Source: Bacteroidota bacterium (GTDB lineage: Bacteria > Bacteroidota > Bacteroidia > 2-12-FULL-35-15). Taken from it: a DNA stretch of 64,000 nt. Location of the stretch: NCBI GenBank assembly GCA_947476185.1, contig CANJPX010000003.1, forward strand, positions 8,707 through 72,706, given 5' to 3'. Below, in pieces: positions 47,901-57,187 of this stretch. The position numbers and the translations under genes were made by a program. The notes under the pieces were generated by a model, which was not told the origin of the DNA, ran no database searches, and saw only the letters and a list, made by a program, of their open reading frames with translations. Within the stretch, counting starts at the first letter, position 1; each line of letters opens with the position of its first letter.

Positions 47901-48813
47901 AAACGCTACACCTATATATCAGGTCAGTCGCATTTTCTGCAAGCATTCTGAATTTCTCTTCACTTTCCTTTATCTTCTTTTCGTTTACTTTAAACTTGCT
48001 AATGTCGCGGATAGAAGTAACGCGGGCCGGTTCTCCTTTATAAATAATTTCAGTGCCTAATAATTCTGCCCAAAACGCTTTCTTTCCTTTGCGAAGCATT
48101 TGAACTTCATAGGGGGTTTCAATTTTGTTTTTTACATTCTCAAAAACGATCTTATGAAAATCGGGGTGAATAAATTTTAAAATAGGTTGATTTATCAGCT
48201 CTTTATCCGTGTATTGAAATGTTTTTCGCAGTGCGTTGTTTACTTCAACCACTTTCCCTTCCTTATGGATTGCAATACCTTCAAAAGCTGAATCGGAAAG
48301 TTTTTTAAACTTTTCTTCACTATTCTCCAGTGCTTTTTTTGTTAATATAACCTCAGTAATATCAATGATATCAACAATCGCGGCAACCACTTTTTTATTT
48401 TCAAAATGCGGGGTTACCCTTGAAGAATAAAATGCTTTTTGTCCCTTTTTGCCTAGACCGGAAATTTCATATTGTTGATACTTGCCTTTAGTAAAAACAA
48501 TATTCAGCGCCTTCTTAACAACAGAGTGGTATTCTTTCTCAATAAATTTATAGGCAGACTGTCCAATTATTTTATCCCTGTTGGCGCTATTAATGAGATC
48601 GTTATTGTCAATAATGCAGCCTTTTTTGTCAAGAACTAAAATGGTGTGTTCAGAATTTTTGAAATACGAATCCCATTTGGAATCCTTTGTTGAAGAGATT
48701 TTTTTTTCTTTGTCCGCAATCGTTTTCTTTTTTTGTTCCAACAAACCAACCTTCCTCTGAAGTTTTTTCACTTCAGAAATTAATTGGTCCTTTGATTTTT
48801 TTGAGAGCGTCAT
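44935..48813 (-). CDS. soluble multi-PAS sensor histidine kinase (HisKA_2 + HATPase_c)
   Basis: 1292 aa with no TM segments. It has an N-terminal coiled coil, roughly eight PAS/PAC modules, the H-box HHRVKNNLQVISSILNLQ (HisKA_2 type), N-box INEIVSNALKYAF and G-box GDNGKGLP. Its stop lies 1 nt before the regulator start. Confidence 0.88.
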   Translation of the reverse strand: MTLSKKSKDQLISEVKKLQRKVGLLEQKKKTIADKEKKISSTKDSKWDSYFKNSEHTILVLDKKGCIIDNNDLINSANRDKIIGQSAYKFIEKEYHSVVKKALNIVFTKGKYQQYEISGLGKKGQKAFYSSRVTPHFENKKVVAAIVDIIDITEVILTKKALENSEEKFKKLSDSAFEGIAIHKEGKVVEVNNALRKTFQYTDKELINQPILKFIHPDFHKIVFENVKNKIETPYEVQMLRKGKKAFWAELLGTEIIYKGEPARVTSIRDISKFKVNEKKIKESEEKFRMLAENATDLIYRCSVFPEVRYEYVSPSVKDITGYSAEDFYKDPFLGFKIIHPDDVPLLGESEKLLKSKAKVSNIKGPEIIVRWIKKDGSIIWTETRSKPVFDDNKRMVAIEGISRDITAQKLSEEKSREGEESHIHFLQEIPSGVIIYVDFVVVFANKAAFEIFGIKEKNIEKVTNLNIHNYILPKYHKEITDRAKRVLNGEILHFFEIEVKTPAGEILDIEIKSKLVFHKGKKGIQTIFNNISQRKNTERILKESERALSTLMNNLPGMAYRCDNDKNWTMRFVSKGFKELTGYDPKDVVDNKKMSFADITHPDDAQLLKEKIQKAFKNKCPFEIEYRIIMASGETKWVLEKGEGVFSEDGKLLFLEGFVLDIDEKKRYESELKQSGENYKNLVDKSPDGIFIFNPIDGKIAFANPSAFSIVEINSYEDLKNKTVLDFIHPEFHEEVKGRMQANYPLESRTFRVTTVKTAKGNMVELELQAEHVRYDGIEAIQVTMHKIGIEKQLAKEQLRAQMAEETNALLEQEITTRKVIQLKLLESQKYTRLIINGSIDMICASDRKGLITEFNQAAQNTFGYTASEVLGKHVSMLYEDPNERIKITDEELYKKGVYAGEVTNIRKNGEKFVAYLSASILKNDEGEVIGAMGVSRDISQLKKADETLRSQSAKFNAIIESSSHVIWTVDKNICLTTYNHNYDKQLMNRYGIRAKVGLSMISGDSVSSQEHNNFWIKKYEKAFAGEPQYFETQFIEKNGNESWSEIYLNPISDDSGQVLEVSGIGHDVTEKKISEERIRQSLQEKEILLKEVHHRVKNNLQVISSILNLQSSYVKDEATLDILKESQNRIKSMAFIHESLYQTKDFSSINFTEYVVNLSQNLIHSYSNFDNEIKLNLDIQNVFLNLDLAIPCGLIINEIVSNALKYAFVENSRDGEITIKMQVVEDDLVLNIGDNGKGLPADLDFRNTESLGLQLVVTLTDQLSGTIELNVEKGTNYRIKFKQNQIKNRI

Positions 48814-48830
48814 TAATTTTAATCGTTCTT

Positions 48831-50408
48831 TTATTTTATACTAGGCTCGGATGTAGATGTTTCGGGAAGCACCTTTATTCCGTCAAACCTAATTTCTATG
48901 TCGTTTTTATAAAGAATTGTCAAAAATAAAAATCCCGCCTCATCATAATACTTCCATTCACCTTCTTTCAATCCACCTAAATATTTTCCTGTTTGACGTT
49001 CTTTGCCATTCAGATAATAATATATCTGCATGCCATCAGGAACACCGTCAATAAATTTTCCGATAAAGCGAAGCTTGCCGTTTTCTGTAAAATAGTGTTT
49101 CCACTCACCCTCTCTTTGATCGTTCTTAAAATTTCCTTCTTCTTTATACTCTTGCAATTCCAACATCCACGGGCCTTCTTTTAAGCCATCGATAAAATCT
49201 CCTTTTGTTATTACTTTCCCGGAATCACAATATTCTGTCATCGTTCCATCTTGCAGATCGTTGCGATAATTTTCTTCCCGTAATAAATTTCCGCTTTCGT
49301 AATACCACTTCCATGGTCCTTGTGCTCTGCCTTTCTTATCGTATTTCCCCACTTGTTCAATTTTAGTATTAGGATGATAAAATGTCCAGTCACCAATTCT
49401 TTTCCCGTTCAGATATTCGCCTTTAGATTTTAATTCTCCGTTGGGATGAAATTCTTTCCACGGACCTTGCTGCCGGCCGGCTGTATCCAGTATTCCTTCT
49501 CCGGTTAAAACTCCATCCACATAAACTTTAGCGTCTATCACATTTCCGTCAGGCGAAAACTCCCGATGAATTCCTTCTGCAACGCCATCACGATAAGTTC
49601 CAGTAAATTTTACGATCCCCGATTCATAGTAGGCTGTTTTTACATCCAACTTTGCTAGTTCCGGAGCGTTTGTTTGTATTACACCGTTGATATATTTTGT
49701 GGTATTTAACAAGCTTCCATTGGGCCCATATTCTTTAAAGTAGCCGTTCATCTTATCATCAGAAAAGTTTACCTCGTTTTTCACGATTCCTGATTTATAA
49801 AACTCTTTCCACATTCCCTGCTTTAAACCGTTGCCATCTCTACGGTTCACCTTTTCTTCACGTTGAATAAAACCCATTTTGTATTGCGTGATCGTAATGA
49901 CAGTGCTATCCAAAGAAAGCTCGTATCCCTGTCCCTCTTCTTTTCCGGTAACAAAAGGAATCACCTGCTTCACTTTAACAGGCCCAAAAGTAGAGTCCGC
50001 AAGTTTTACCGGCTTATGAAAAATGGTTGAGTTTCCTTGTTTGACGTCGTTTTCAAAGTTTTCAGAAACGATGATATTGCCATCTTTTGTATCGTAGGTA
50101 TTCTTTAAACCGGTTTTTTTACCGTCTTTGTAATTAAACTCAAAAGCTAATTTCCCTTGTTCACTATAAAATTTCCATACGCTATCCAACTGGAAATTTT
50201 TCCTGTTGCCTTCTGATTTTAAAACACCTGTTTGTGAATATGTTTTCCAGTAGCCGTCAGGCTTCCCCTCACGCATCGGGCCTTCACTGGAAATCTTTCC
50301 GTTATCGTAATAAAATTTGTTGTATCCGTTCGGATCGATGTTTTGTTTCGTTTGAGAAAACAAAACAACAGGAAATAACAAAAAAAGAATTTTTATAATA
50401 CTGCGCAT
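48831..50408 (-). CDS. secreted MORN-variant repeat protein (YwqK-like repeats)
   Basis: 525 aa with a signal peptide (MRSIIKILFLLFPVVLFSQ). The rest is iterated ..G.W..Y...G.l...g.y.nG...G.. units (for example GKPDGYWKTYSQTGVLKSEG and GPWKEFHPNGELKSKGEYLNGKRIGDW). Its stop lies 17 nt before the kinase start. Confidence 0.75.
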   Translation of the reverse strand: MRSIIKILFLLFPVVLFSQTKQNIDPNGYNKFYYDNGKISSEGPMREGKPDGYWKTYSQTGVLKSEGNRKNFQLDSVWKFYSEQGKLAFEFNYKDGKKTGLKNTYDTKDGNIIVSENFENDVKQGNSTIFHKPVKLADSTFGPVKVKQVIPFVTGKEEGQGYELSLDSTVITITQYKMGFIQREEKVNRRDGNGLKQGMWKEFYKSGIVKNEVNFSDDKMNGYFKEYGPNGSLLNTTKYINGVIQTNAPELAKLDVKTAYYESGIVKFTGTYRDGVAEGIHREFSPDGNVIDAKVYVDGVLTGEGILDTAGRQQGPWKEFHPNGELKSKGEYLNGKRIGDWTFYHPNTKIEQVGKYDKKGRAQGPWKWYYESGNLLREENYRNDLQDGTMTEYCDSGKVITKGDFIDGLKEGPWMLELQEYKEEGNFKNDQREGEWKHYFTENGKLRFIGKFIDGVPDGMQIYYYLNGKERQTGKYLGGLKEGEWKYYDEAGFLFLTILYKNDIEIRFDGIKVLPETSTSEPSIK

Positions 50409-50427
50409 AAAAATAGTTCGTCTCCTA

Positions 50428-50435
50428 CAAAATTA
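50428..50435 (-). promoter_or_regulatory. candidate -7 promoter box (TAATTTTG) for the MORN/kinase/regulator operon
   Basis: Exact TAnnTTTG match on the minus strand, 20 nt upstream of the ATG at 50408. Confidence 0.4.
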
Positions 50436-50521
50436 AACAATTTGAGCGATTTTTAAAAGGAAAAAATAGAGTGGATTATTCTTACCCTGCAATTACAAAA
50501 TGATTGCGGAAGAAAAAGAAA

Positions 50522-52489
50522 TTATTCTTTGTTGGAAGAAAACGTTGAAATAGCAATGATCTGGATCTTTCGTTCCAAAGCAGCCGCAGGATTATAGATC
50601 GAGTTTTTTGTGTCGTAATAGTCGTCACTCACATTTGGCCGGGCCTTTAGCTCGCCGATGTCTTCGTTAAAAAATGTGATCTTGCCTTCTGCGGGATTCG
50701 GATTGTCAATATACTTTACAAGAATGCCGCCTTGATATTCGATAAAATAATTCCTTAAACTTGAGATTCTTCTTTTTGCAAGATTTACGTTATAATCTGT
50801 GGAAGCAAGCGGGCTGCAATAACCTTTCATGGTAATTGTCACTTTTTCGTTATCCTTTAACACCTTTACTAAAAGCTGTGCAAATTTATCCAGATCCTGC
50901 ATTCCTGCATCAACAGAGTCTTCAAACAGGTTATCAATGTCGCCATAAGACCTTTCAATATCATCACCCTTTGCTCCTTTGGAATATTCCTTTTTATACA
51001 ACTCGTGCATAGCAGAATAATCTTCATATGTTTTTCTGTAATTTTTTGTTGTCGTGATGGCAAGTGTTTTTTTGTCCGGCTCGTCATTATGAAAATACAA
51101 CGTCAGGGGCACAAGCAATTTCATCTGGGTAACGAAAACTTGTGTGCTATCAACTTTTTTAGGTGGTTCTTCAATTTTGGGAAGTTTCACCATATAAATA
51201 TCATTGCAGCAACTTTCTTTTTCTTCGAAGAAAGAACCTGTGCGATTAGAGGAAATAAATGCTTCTGTTTTTTTTGAATTGATAGAAAAATAAATGTCGT
51301 TGAAATTACTGTTGAATGGCAATCCCAAATTTTTAGGTTCTCCTAATTCGTTATTCTTAAAATCACTTTTAAATATGTCGAAGCCACCCAATCCTTTGTG
51401 CCAATTGGAACTAAAAAATAATTCCTGACAAGGTTTGCAATAATACGGAGTGATCTCATCATCAATGGAATTAACCTTTTTTCCTGCATTTATTGATTTG
51501 CCATACGATCCGTCCTTATTAATTTTGCTGTACCAAATATCCATTTTACCTTCTCCCCCGGGACGATTTGATGCGAAGAACAACACCTCTTCTTCTCCCA
51601 AAAATCCGATCGCAGGTTGTGTATTTGTATAATTTTTGACATTTATTTCCGGAGGTAATTTCTGCAAAGCACTCCATTGGCCGTTCTTAAATTCAGAAGA
51701 ATAAATTTCACAATTAAAATCCATTGAATTTTTTTGAACACATCGTGTAATAAAAACTTTTGTAAAATCCGCATTAAACGCTGTATTGGCATTATGAACA
51801 CCCTGATGATTAAAAAGTGTATCTAGCTCAACAACCTTTTTCCATTTTACAGAATCCTGAATTGAAGTATAAATTTTATTGTAATTAACGCTGTGTTTTT
51901 TATCACGATCTTTTCCATCACGCAAGGAAGAAAAATATAAAAGGCTGTCTACTTGTATTGGTGCATATTCTGATACTTTACTATTTACGGTACTATCCAG
52001 ATGTATGATGTTAACACTTTTATCCGGACTTGCCATCAGCAATTGAGCGAAGTCACAAGCAGCAACTTCCTGAATTGCCTTTTTCACAAAATAACTGTCC
52101 TTCTTTTTTTTGTTCTTCTTAGCATATTTATCGAACATCTTTTTTGCATCCTTATAATTCCCTCTGTTCTTCTTGATTGTCGCTAACCAAAAAGAGCATT
52201 CCGGATAAAGTTTTCCCATCGCATCTTTCTTGATCACCTTGGAATACCAATGTTCTGCAATAGCATAATCAAAGTTTAAACGACTTGCTTCTGCATATTT
52301 GTATTGAAGAACGATATCGCTGGAATCCTGGAGGATGGCTTTATTGTAGTATGCTGCGGCAGAAAAAAAATCGTTATCAGCGAATGCTTTGTCACCATCC
52401 GCAAGAAGCGTTTTTGTTTTTTGAGCGAAAATGGAAGAGCCAAGACAAAAGAAATATGCAACAAGAACACAAAGAGTTTTTGCATTCAT
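50522..52489 (-). CDS. OmpA-like domain protein with N-terminal TPR and TolB-like repeats
   Basis: 655 aa from MNAKTLCVLVAYFFCLGSSIFAQ (ATG at 52489). It has a TPR-like N-terminal region, WD40-like 'PD40' units (SEYAPIQVDSLLYFSSLR, ..LFFASNRPGGEG) and a C-terminal OmpA-like block GYCSPLASTDYNVNLAKRRISSLRNYF. Confidence 0.7.
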   Translation of the reverse strand: MNAKTLCVLVAYFFCLGSSIFAQKTKTLLADGDKAFADNDFFSAAAYYNKAILQDSSDIVLQYKYAEASRLNFDYAIAEHWYSKVIKKDAMGKLYPECSFWLATIKKNRGNYKDAKKMFDKYAKKNKKKKDSYFVKKAIQEVAACDFAQLLMASPDKSVNIIHLDSTVNSKVSEYAPIQVDSLLYFSSLRDGKDRDKKHSVNYNKIYTSIQDSVKWKKVVELDTLFNHQGVHNANTAFNADFTKVFITRCVQKNSMDFNCEIYSSEFKNGQWSALQKLPPEINVKNYTNTQPAIGFLGEEEVLFFASNRPGGEGKMDIWYSKINKDGSYGKSINAGKKVNSIDDEITPYYCKPCQELFFSSNWHKGLGGFDIFKSDFKNNELGEPKNLGLPFNSNFNDIYFSINSKKTEAFISSNRTGSFFEEKESCCNDIYMVKLPKIEEPPKKVDSTQVFVTQMKLLVPLTLYFHNDEPDKKTLAITTTKNYRKTYEDYSAMHELYKKEYSKGAKGDDIERSYGDIDNLFEDSVDAGMQDLDKFAQLLVKVLKDNEKVTITMKGYCSPLASTDYNVNLAKRRISSLRNYFIEYQGGILVKYIDNPNPAEGKITFFNEDIGELKARPNVSDDYYDTKNSIYNPAAALERKIQIIAISTFSSNKE

Positions 52490-52528
52490 AAAACGGTTTC
52501 CTATAGTTTGTTTATCACATTTCATAAA

Positions 52529-53545
52529 CTACATATAAATTGGGCAAACTCGTTTTTTGGCAACAAATGGGGCGACTTTTTTAAGAATGTAGATCACGGA
52601 AATTTCAAAACCTCCTCTGTGATTTGTTGCTGCAATCAGCTTTGACATATTAACATCGTAACTCACTCCCACATTAAAACTTCTATAATCCATATTCGCC
52701 ACCAAAATAAATGCATCTTTCATGCGATAGAACCCTCCGAGAGAAACAGCGGTTGTCATTCCATCCACAGGTCTCAAATGGTATTTTCCAAAAAGACCGA
52801 AAACGGTTTCCTGAAATTTTCCCTGACGTTGATATAACACTGTTGGCAAAACATCTAATTGTCCGGAAACAGGAAATTCTGCTATCCCGCTAATGGACGT
52901 TTTTACATCCAAACGAATTCCATCATTGTTGAAGAAGGACTGTTTTGGCTTGTTCATATGTAAAGCAGACACGCCAATATTTACAAGCGTACGATTATTT
53001 TTTCTCCAAAGGTAGGCCAAGCCTCCACCAAGATCGAGGTAGGTAATTCTTGTTTTTGGAAAATTTTCACCACTTGGTAAGGAAGCATTATAACTATCCC
53101 CATCATATTGATTGTCGAATGTTAATGCAGCAACGTTAAAACTTTTTGAGGTTATTCCAGGCTGAAACCCAACAGATATAAAATGAGTGGAATCTTTGTT
53201 TAATTTTTTTATGTATGCTCCCGAAACAAAAATTTGCGTTGTTGTAAATTTCGAGTCTCCCGATTTATCAGTATTTATAACCAACCCAACAGCCGGGGCG
53301 TCATTTTCTAATTTCGTTTTCAGGCGGGTGTCTGTTGCCAAAGAAAAAGTTCTGTAGGGAACAGGGATCACCGACCATTGACTTCTGAAATTTCCAACAA
53401 ACCTCCAGTCTCCATCAAACAAGCCTGTTTGAGCAGGATTAAGATTTTGTGGCGAAGCGTTGAATTGGGAATAATGAATGTCCTGAGCATGAATAAATTT
53501 CACACTAAAGACAATTAAAAATAATATGATCTTATTTTTTTTCAT
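52529..53545 (-). CDS. type IX secretion system membrane protein, PorP/SprF family
   Basis: 338 aa with a signal peptide then QDIHYSQFNASPQNLNPAQTG, the family's N-terminal signature. It looks like a beta-barrel with alternating hydrophobicity. It lies 7 nt downstream of a type B cargo gene. Confidence 0.85.
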   Translation of the reverse strand: MKKNKIILFLIVFSVKFIHAQDIHYSQFNASPQNLNPAQTGLFDGDWRFVGNFRSQWSVIPVPYRTFSLATDTRLKTKLENDAPAVGLVINTDKSGDSKFTTTQIFVSGAYIKKLNKDSTHFISVGFQPGITSKSFNVAALTFDNQYDGDSYNASLPSGENFPKTRITYLDLGGGLAYLWRKNNRTLVNIGVSALHMNKPKQSFFNNDGIRLDVKTSISGIAEFPVSGQLDVLPTVLYQRQGKFQETVFGLFGKYHLRPVDGMTTAVSLGGFYRMKDAFILVANMDYRSFNVGVSYDVNMSKLIAATNHRGGFEISVIYILKKVAPFVAKKRVCPIYM

Positions 53546-53552
53546 TCTTCTT

Positions 53553-56500
53553 TTATCTGATCAACGTTGTATTTCCCTGCTTTTTCAGTTCATCACCATT
53601 ATAGCATTTCGCTGTTAAATACCAGGCAAATACAGCCGGATCAGCTTTCATACCCTTATAAACTCCATCCCAACCAACATTTTGATCTTTTGTTTCAAAA
53701 ACCAATTCGCCCCAACGGTTATAAACTGCGAAATATAATTCGGAGATCATATTACCTCTTACGTATAAAATATCATTTTGACCGTCATTATTTGGCGTAA
53801 AAGTATTTGGAACAAAAACATCGGCGGGATTGCATTTCATCGATAACACATAAATTGTTATTGTTGCTGTTTTCGGACAACCGGATGAATCTATTACAGT
53901 CAATGTATATGTTGTTGTGCTTGTCGGAGAAGCTGTTGGGTTGAATGAAGTGGGATCGCTTAATCCGGTTGAAGGGCTCCACAAGATCGTTAAAGTGGGG
54001 TCCGTGATCGCATGAATAATTGTTGAAGTTCCTTCAAAAATACTGTCCGCATCCGCTGAGGCAGAAATAGGGAATAGTGCAGGGTCAATAACTGTAACTG
54101 TTGTAGACAATGTCACAATACAAGTATCACCTAAAGAATTCACGGTTGAAATATTCACGGTATAGGTGGTTGTAGCTATAGGACTTGCAACAGGATTAGA
54201 AATAGTTGCGTTATTTAAACTCGATGAGGGTGACCAGCTGTATGCAAAACCTCCTGTGGCCAATAAGGGCGCGCTTCCACCATCGCAAATTATTGTATTC
54301 GGATTTATTGTTGCGCCTCCGGAATTGTCAAAGCTGACTGAAGTTGTATCAGCACACCCATTCGCAGTAGTTGCAATTAAAGTTACCACATAGTTTCCTG
54401 ATGAAGGATAAGAATGATTTGGATTTGGAAGTATGGAGGTGGCTCCATCACCAAAATCCCATTGCCATGAAGTCGGACTTGTTGCCGAGGAATCCGTTAA
54501 GGAAATGTTGTTTGAGCAAGGCGGACTTGCCAGGCCAAAATCTGCAGTGATACCTGGATAAACAGTTATTATTGTGAAGGCTGTATCTGAAATTTTACAA
54601 GCATTATTATATAAAATCAAAGTAACAGTATACGTTCCGGGTGTTGGAAAAACGTGTGTGGGATTATAGATCAACGAAGTAGTGTCTCCTCCCCCAAAAT
54701 CCCAAAGATAGGTGCCAAACGCAGAACTTTGATTGCTGAAGGTAACAGAAAAGGGAGCGCAGCCCGATGCTGTATCAATTGTAAAATCAGCATTTACGGG
54801 AGGTACTTGAAAATCAAATTTAAATGTTCCGTTATTACAATTAGTAGCGTGATTTACGTTAGCGCCTGTATTCGGCCAGGACCCTGGTGTTACGGGAAAA
54901 TCATCGTTTCCACCACACCCTGCGCAAACGGATTGGTAAATTATTCCTTTTTTATCAAATCGGCTGGTGCCTCCATCCACGTGCTCCCAGCTGGTTGCAC
55001 CACCAAAATAAGTAGCATACACGAGAGAAGATGCATCAGCAGAAAGTACAATCAAATAAAAATTGTGACCATCTGTAATCGGCTGGATAGCGTCAGCTGT
55101 CAATGGCATTCCAGTGGTGTTTGTAACAGGAGGCACAATCTTTCCACCCCAACCGGAGACATAAATATTCTTACAATCGTCCACCAAAAAGGCAGATGGA
55201 GATATGTTTGGCGTTCCGCTGCCATTACCAAAAACAGTTGAAAAACCAAGCGTGGTAAGCTTTGAGTTCATTCTTGTGATAAACTGTCCGCTGTTCGCAT
55301 TGTTGTATACACCAGTCGTAACAGGCATCAACCCTTCTGTTTGGCCCACAACATAAATATTGCTATCCTTATCGATCTGAATAAAATAGCATTGGTCGTA
55401 GGCCGGTGTTCCCCAATAAGTAGATGCAAGAAGTACTGTTCCGTCCTTTTTTATTTTTGCAATATAACCATCCGCTTTCCCTCCTTGATAGGTTGTGTGA
55501 AGAACTCCCGGCGTTGAAGGAAAATTGTTGCTTCGTGTTCCTCCAGTTATATAGACATTTAATGAATCGTCAAGAGCCAGAGCATATCCGGCATCATTAT
55601 CAGTGCCACCCAAATAAGTGCTCCACAGCAATACAGAAAAATCTGGGTTAAATTTAAAGGCGACCGCATCCTGTTCTCCTCCCATTGTGTTGTCGAAACC
55701 ATTCACTATCGGAAAATTACCAGATCTGGTAGAACTAGCAATATACGCGTTTCCTGCAGCATCAACATTGATCTCACCACGATATTGGTCACCATAATTA
55801 TATTGTAAAGAGTCGGCCGGAAACTCATAGGTGGTTCCCGAAAAAAGCACACTGTCATTGTTCACATTTACTCCATCATTCATTGTCCCTCCGATAAATG
55901 TTGAAGCCATTAATGTGGTTCCGGTCGGATTAAATTTTGCAACATAGATATCCGTTCCGTTATCGAAAAAAGATCCATTATAGATAAAATGAAGCAATAT
56001 TCCACCGTTAAATGTTGTGTCGTAAGCGGTGGGTGTAACAGGAAAATCAGATGACCCCGTTGCTCCGTAAAGCAAAAGATTTTCTGAATTATCAACAACC
56101 AGACTGGTAACAATTTCTGTTCCGTTAGCGCCTCCGATATAAGTAGAGTATTGCAAAAACGTTCCTGAAGAATCATATTTTGTAATTACCACATCTGTTA
56201 TTCCGTAAGCTGGTGCCCCATTGAAGGTCACATCATATGCACCAAGCGTTGTTGGAAAACCGATATCGAAACACGTTCCTCCGGAATAAAGATCGCCATC
56301 CGAATCGTATGTTGCAGTCATTCCAAAATTATCTGCTGTTGACCCCGAAGAACAAGCAAACACAAGGATCGGGTCAATAACCAGTTCCACATTTTTGTTA
56401 TATCCATCAGGAAAGCGGAAGGTAACAGTATTGTTTTTCAAAACAAATTCACAAGGCACCTCCACCTCGTATCCGTCAATAAATTGATAGGCATAAGGCT

Positions 56501-57116
56501 TCTGCTCTAGCAGTTCATTCACACTTGTCTGTAACTGAAGGTTTCCTTTTTCAATATTTATTTTATCAAGCCCTTCATAAAAAAGTGAAATATCCTTAGG
56601 GTTTGCATTTGGTGCTACAATCAAATTATACTTCACACTATTTTGCATTCCCAATACCTGAAGATCGATCCCCGGATATAAATGTTTGTAATTTACTTCT
56701 CTGAAATTTTTTGCATTTCCCGCCCATTTATTTTTGTCTTTACCAATAAAATAGTTGCAATAATCAGTAGTTAGCTGCTTTGATGAAGTTTGCACTGATG
56801 CTGAAGCATTTAAAAAAGTCATACGAAAAGCGTGTGACCGAACGGGCTTGCCAAGATTCTTTTTGTTTCTCCCTAAGTGATTGTTGCGTAGCGTTTCTTT
56901 GTCGTAAAAATTATAGGTAAATGCATTTTTTTGAAGAAAAAGGGCACCTCCATCCAACTGAGCTCGGTAAAGAATTTTACTGTCCCATTGGTTTTTGTTT
57001 TCTGTAAACTTTATAGCACTTTGCGATTCGTTGCTTTTAGTATGCTGGGCAGAGGCATTTAAAACAAACAGACACAGGAAAAGAAAAGTATAATATTTTT
57101 TAACTGTGAATGTCAT
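53553..57116 (-). CDS. giant T9SS type B cargo with SBBP-type beta-propeller repeats
   Basis: 1187 aa with a signal peptide and repeated ..STY(I/L)GG...D.g..ia.D..gN.Yi.G.T.S.nFP.T.gA.. units (SBBP-like). It has two PKD modules (WDFGGGDTT, WQWDFGDGAT), two Ig-like modules and a C-terminal NTFTPNNDGQNDILYV...WDGVYKG...AVFAWYL...NTTLIR CTD. Confidence 0.88.
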   Translation of the reverse strand: MTFTVKKYYTFLFLCLFVLNASAQHTKSNESQSAIKFTENKNQWDSKILYRAQLDGGALFLQKNAFTYNFYDKETLRNNHLGRNKKNLGKPVRSHAFRMTFLNASASVQTSSKQLTTDYCNYFIGKDKNKWAGNAKNFREVNYKHLYPGIDLQVLGMQNSVKYNLIVAPNANPKDISLFYEGLDKINIEKGNLQLQTSVNELLEQKPYAYQFIDGYEVEVPCEFVLKNNTVTFRFPDGYNKNVELVIDPILVFACSSGSTADNFGMTATYDSDGDLYSGGTCFDIGFPTTLGAYDVTFNGAPAYGITDVVITKYDSSGTFLQYSTYIGGANGTEIVTSLVVDNSENLLLYGATGSSDFPVTPTAYDTTFNGGILLHFIYNGSFFDNGTDIYVAKFNPTGTTLMASTFIGGTMNDGVNVNNDSVLFSGTTYEFPADSLQYNYGDQYRGEINVDAAGNAYIASSTRSGNFPIVNGFDNTMGGEQDAVAFKFNPDFSVLLWSTYLGGTDNDAGYALALDDSLNVYITGGTRSNNFPSTPGVLHTTYQGGKADGYIAKIKKDGTVLLASTYWGTPAYDQCYFIQIDKDSNIYVVGQTEGLMPVTTGVYNNANSGQFITRMNSKLTTLGFSTVFGNGSGTPNISPSAFLVDDCKNIYVSGWGGKIVPPVTNTTGMPLTADAIQPITDGHNFYLIVLSADASSLVYATYFGGATSWEHVDGGTSRFDKKGIIYQSVCAGCGGNDDFPVTPGSWPNTGANVNHATNCNNGTFKFDFQVPPVNADFTIDTASGCAPFSVTFSNQSSAFGTYLWDFGGGDTTSLIYNPTHVFPTPGTYTVTLILYNNACKISDTAFTIITVYPGITADFGLASPPCSNNISLTDSSATSPTSWQWDFGDGATSILPNPNHSYPSSGNYVVTLIATTANGCADTTSVSFDNSGGATINPNTIICDGGSAPLLATGGFAYSWSPSSSLNNATISNPVASPIATTTYTVNISTVNSLGDTCIVTLSTTVTVIDPALFPISASADADSIFEGTSTIIHAITDPTLTILWSPSTGLSDPTSFNPTASPTSTTTYTLTVIDSSGCPKTATITIYVLSMKCNPADVFVPNTFTPNNDGQNDILYVRGNMISELYFAVYNRWGELVFETKDQNVGWDGVYKGMKADPAVFAWYLTAKCYNGDELKKQGNTTLIR

Positions 57117-57156
57117 TATTAAAGAGTCGTTTTTGTTTCAATGCTAATGCTAGTAT

Positions 57157-57164
57157 CAAAAATA
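57157..57164 (-). promoter_or_regulatory. candidate -7 promoter box (TATTTTTG) for cargo/SprF/OmpA genes
   Basis: Exact TAnnTTTG match on the minus strand, 41 nt upstream of the ATG at 57116, inside the 71-bp gap after the TMTC-like gene. Confidence 0.4.
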
Positions 57165-57187
57165 AGAAAATTAATCCGTTTTTCAAG

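Noticed and set aside
54654-55241. 195-aa plus-strand ORF inside the 1187-aa adhesin gene.
   Set aside because: It is antisense to a confidently called gene. The product is Cys/Ser/Ile-rich nonsense with no motifs and no promoter or start context.
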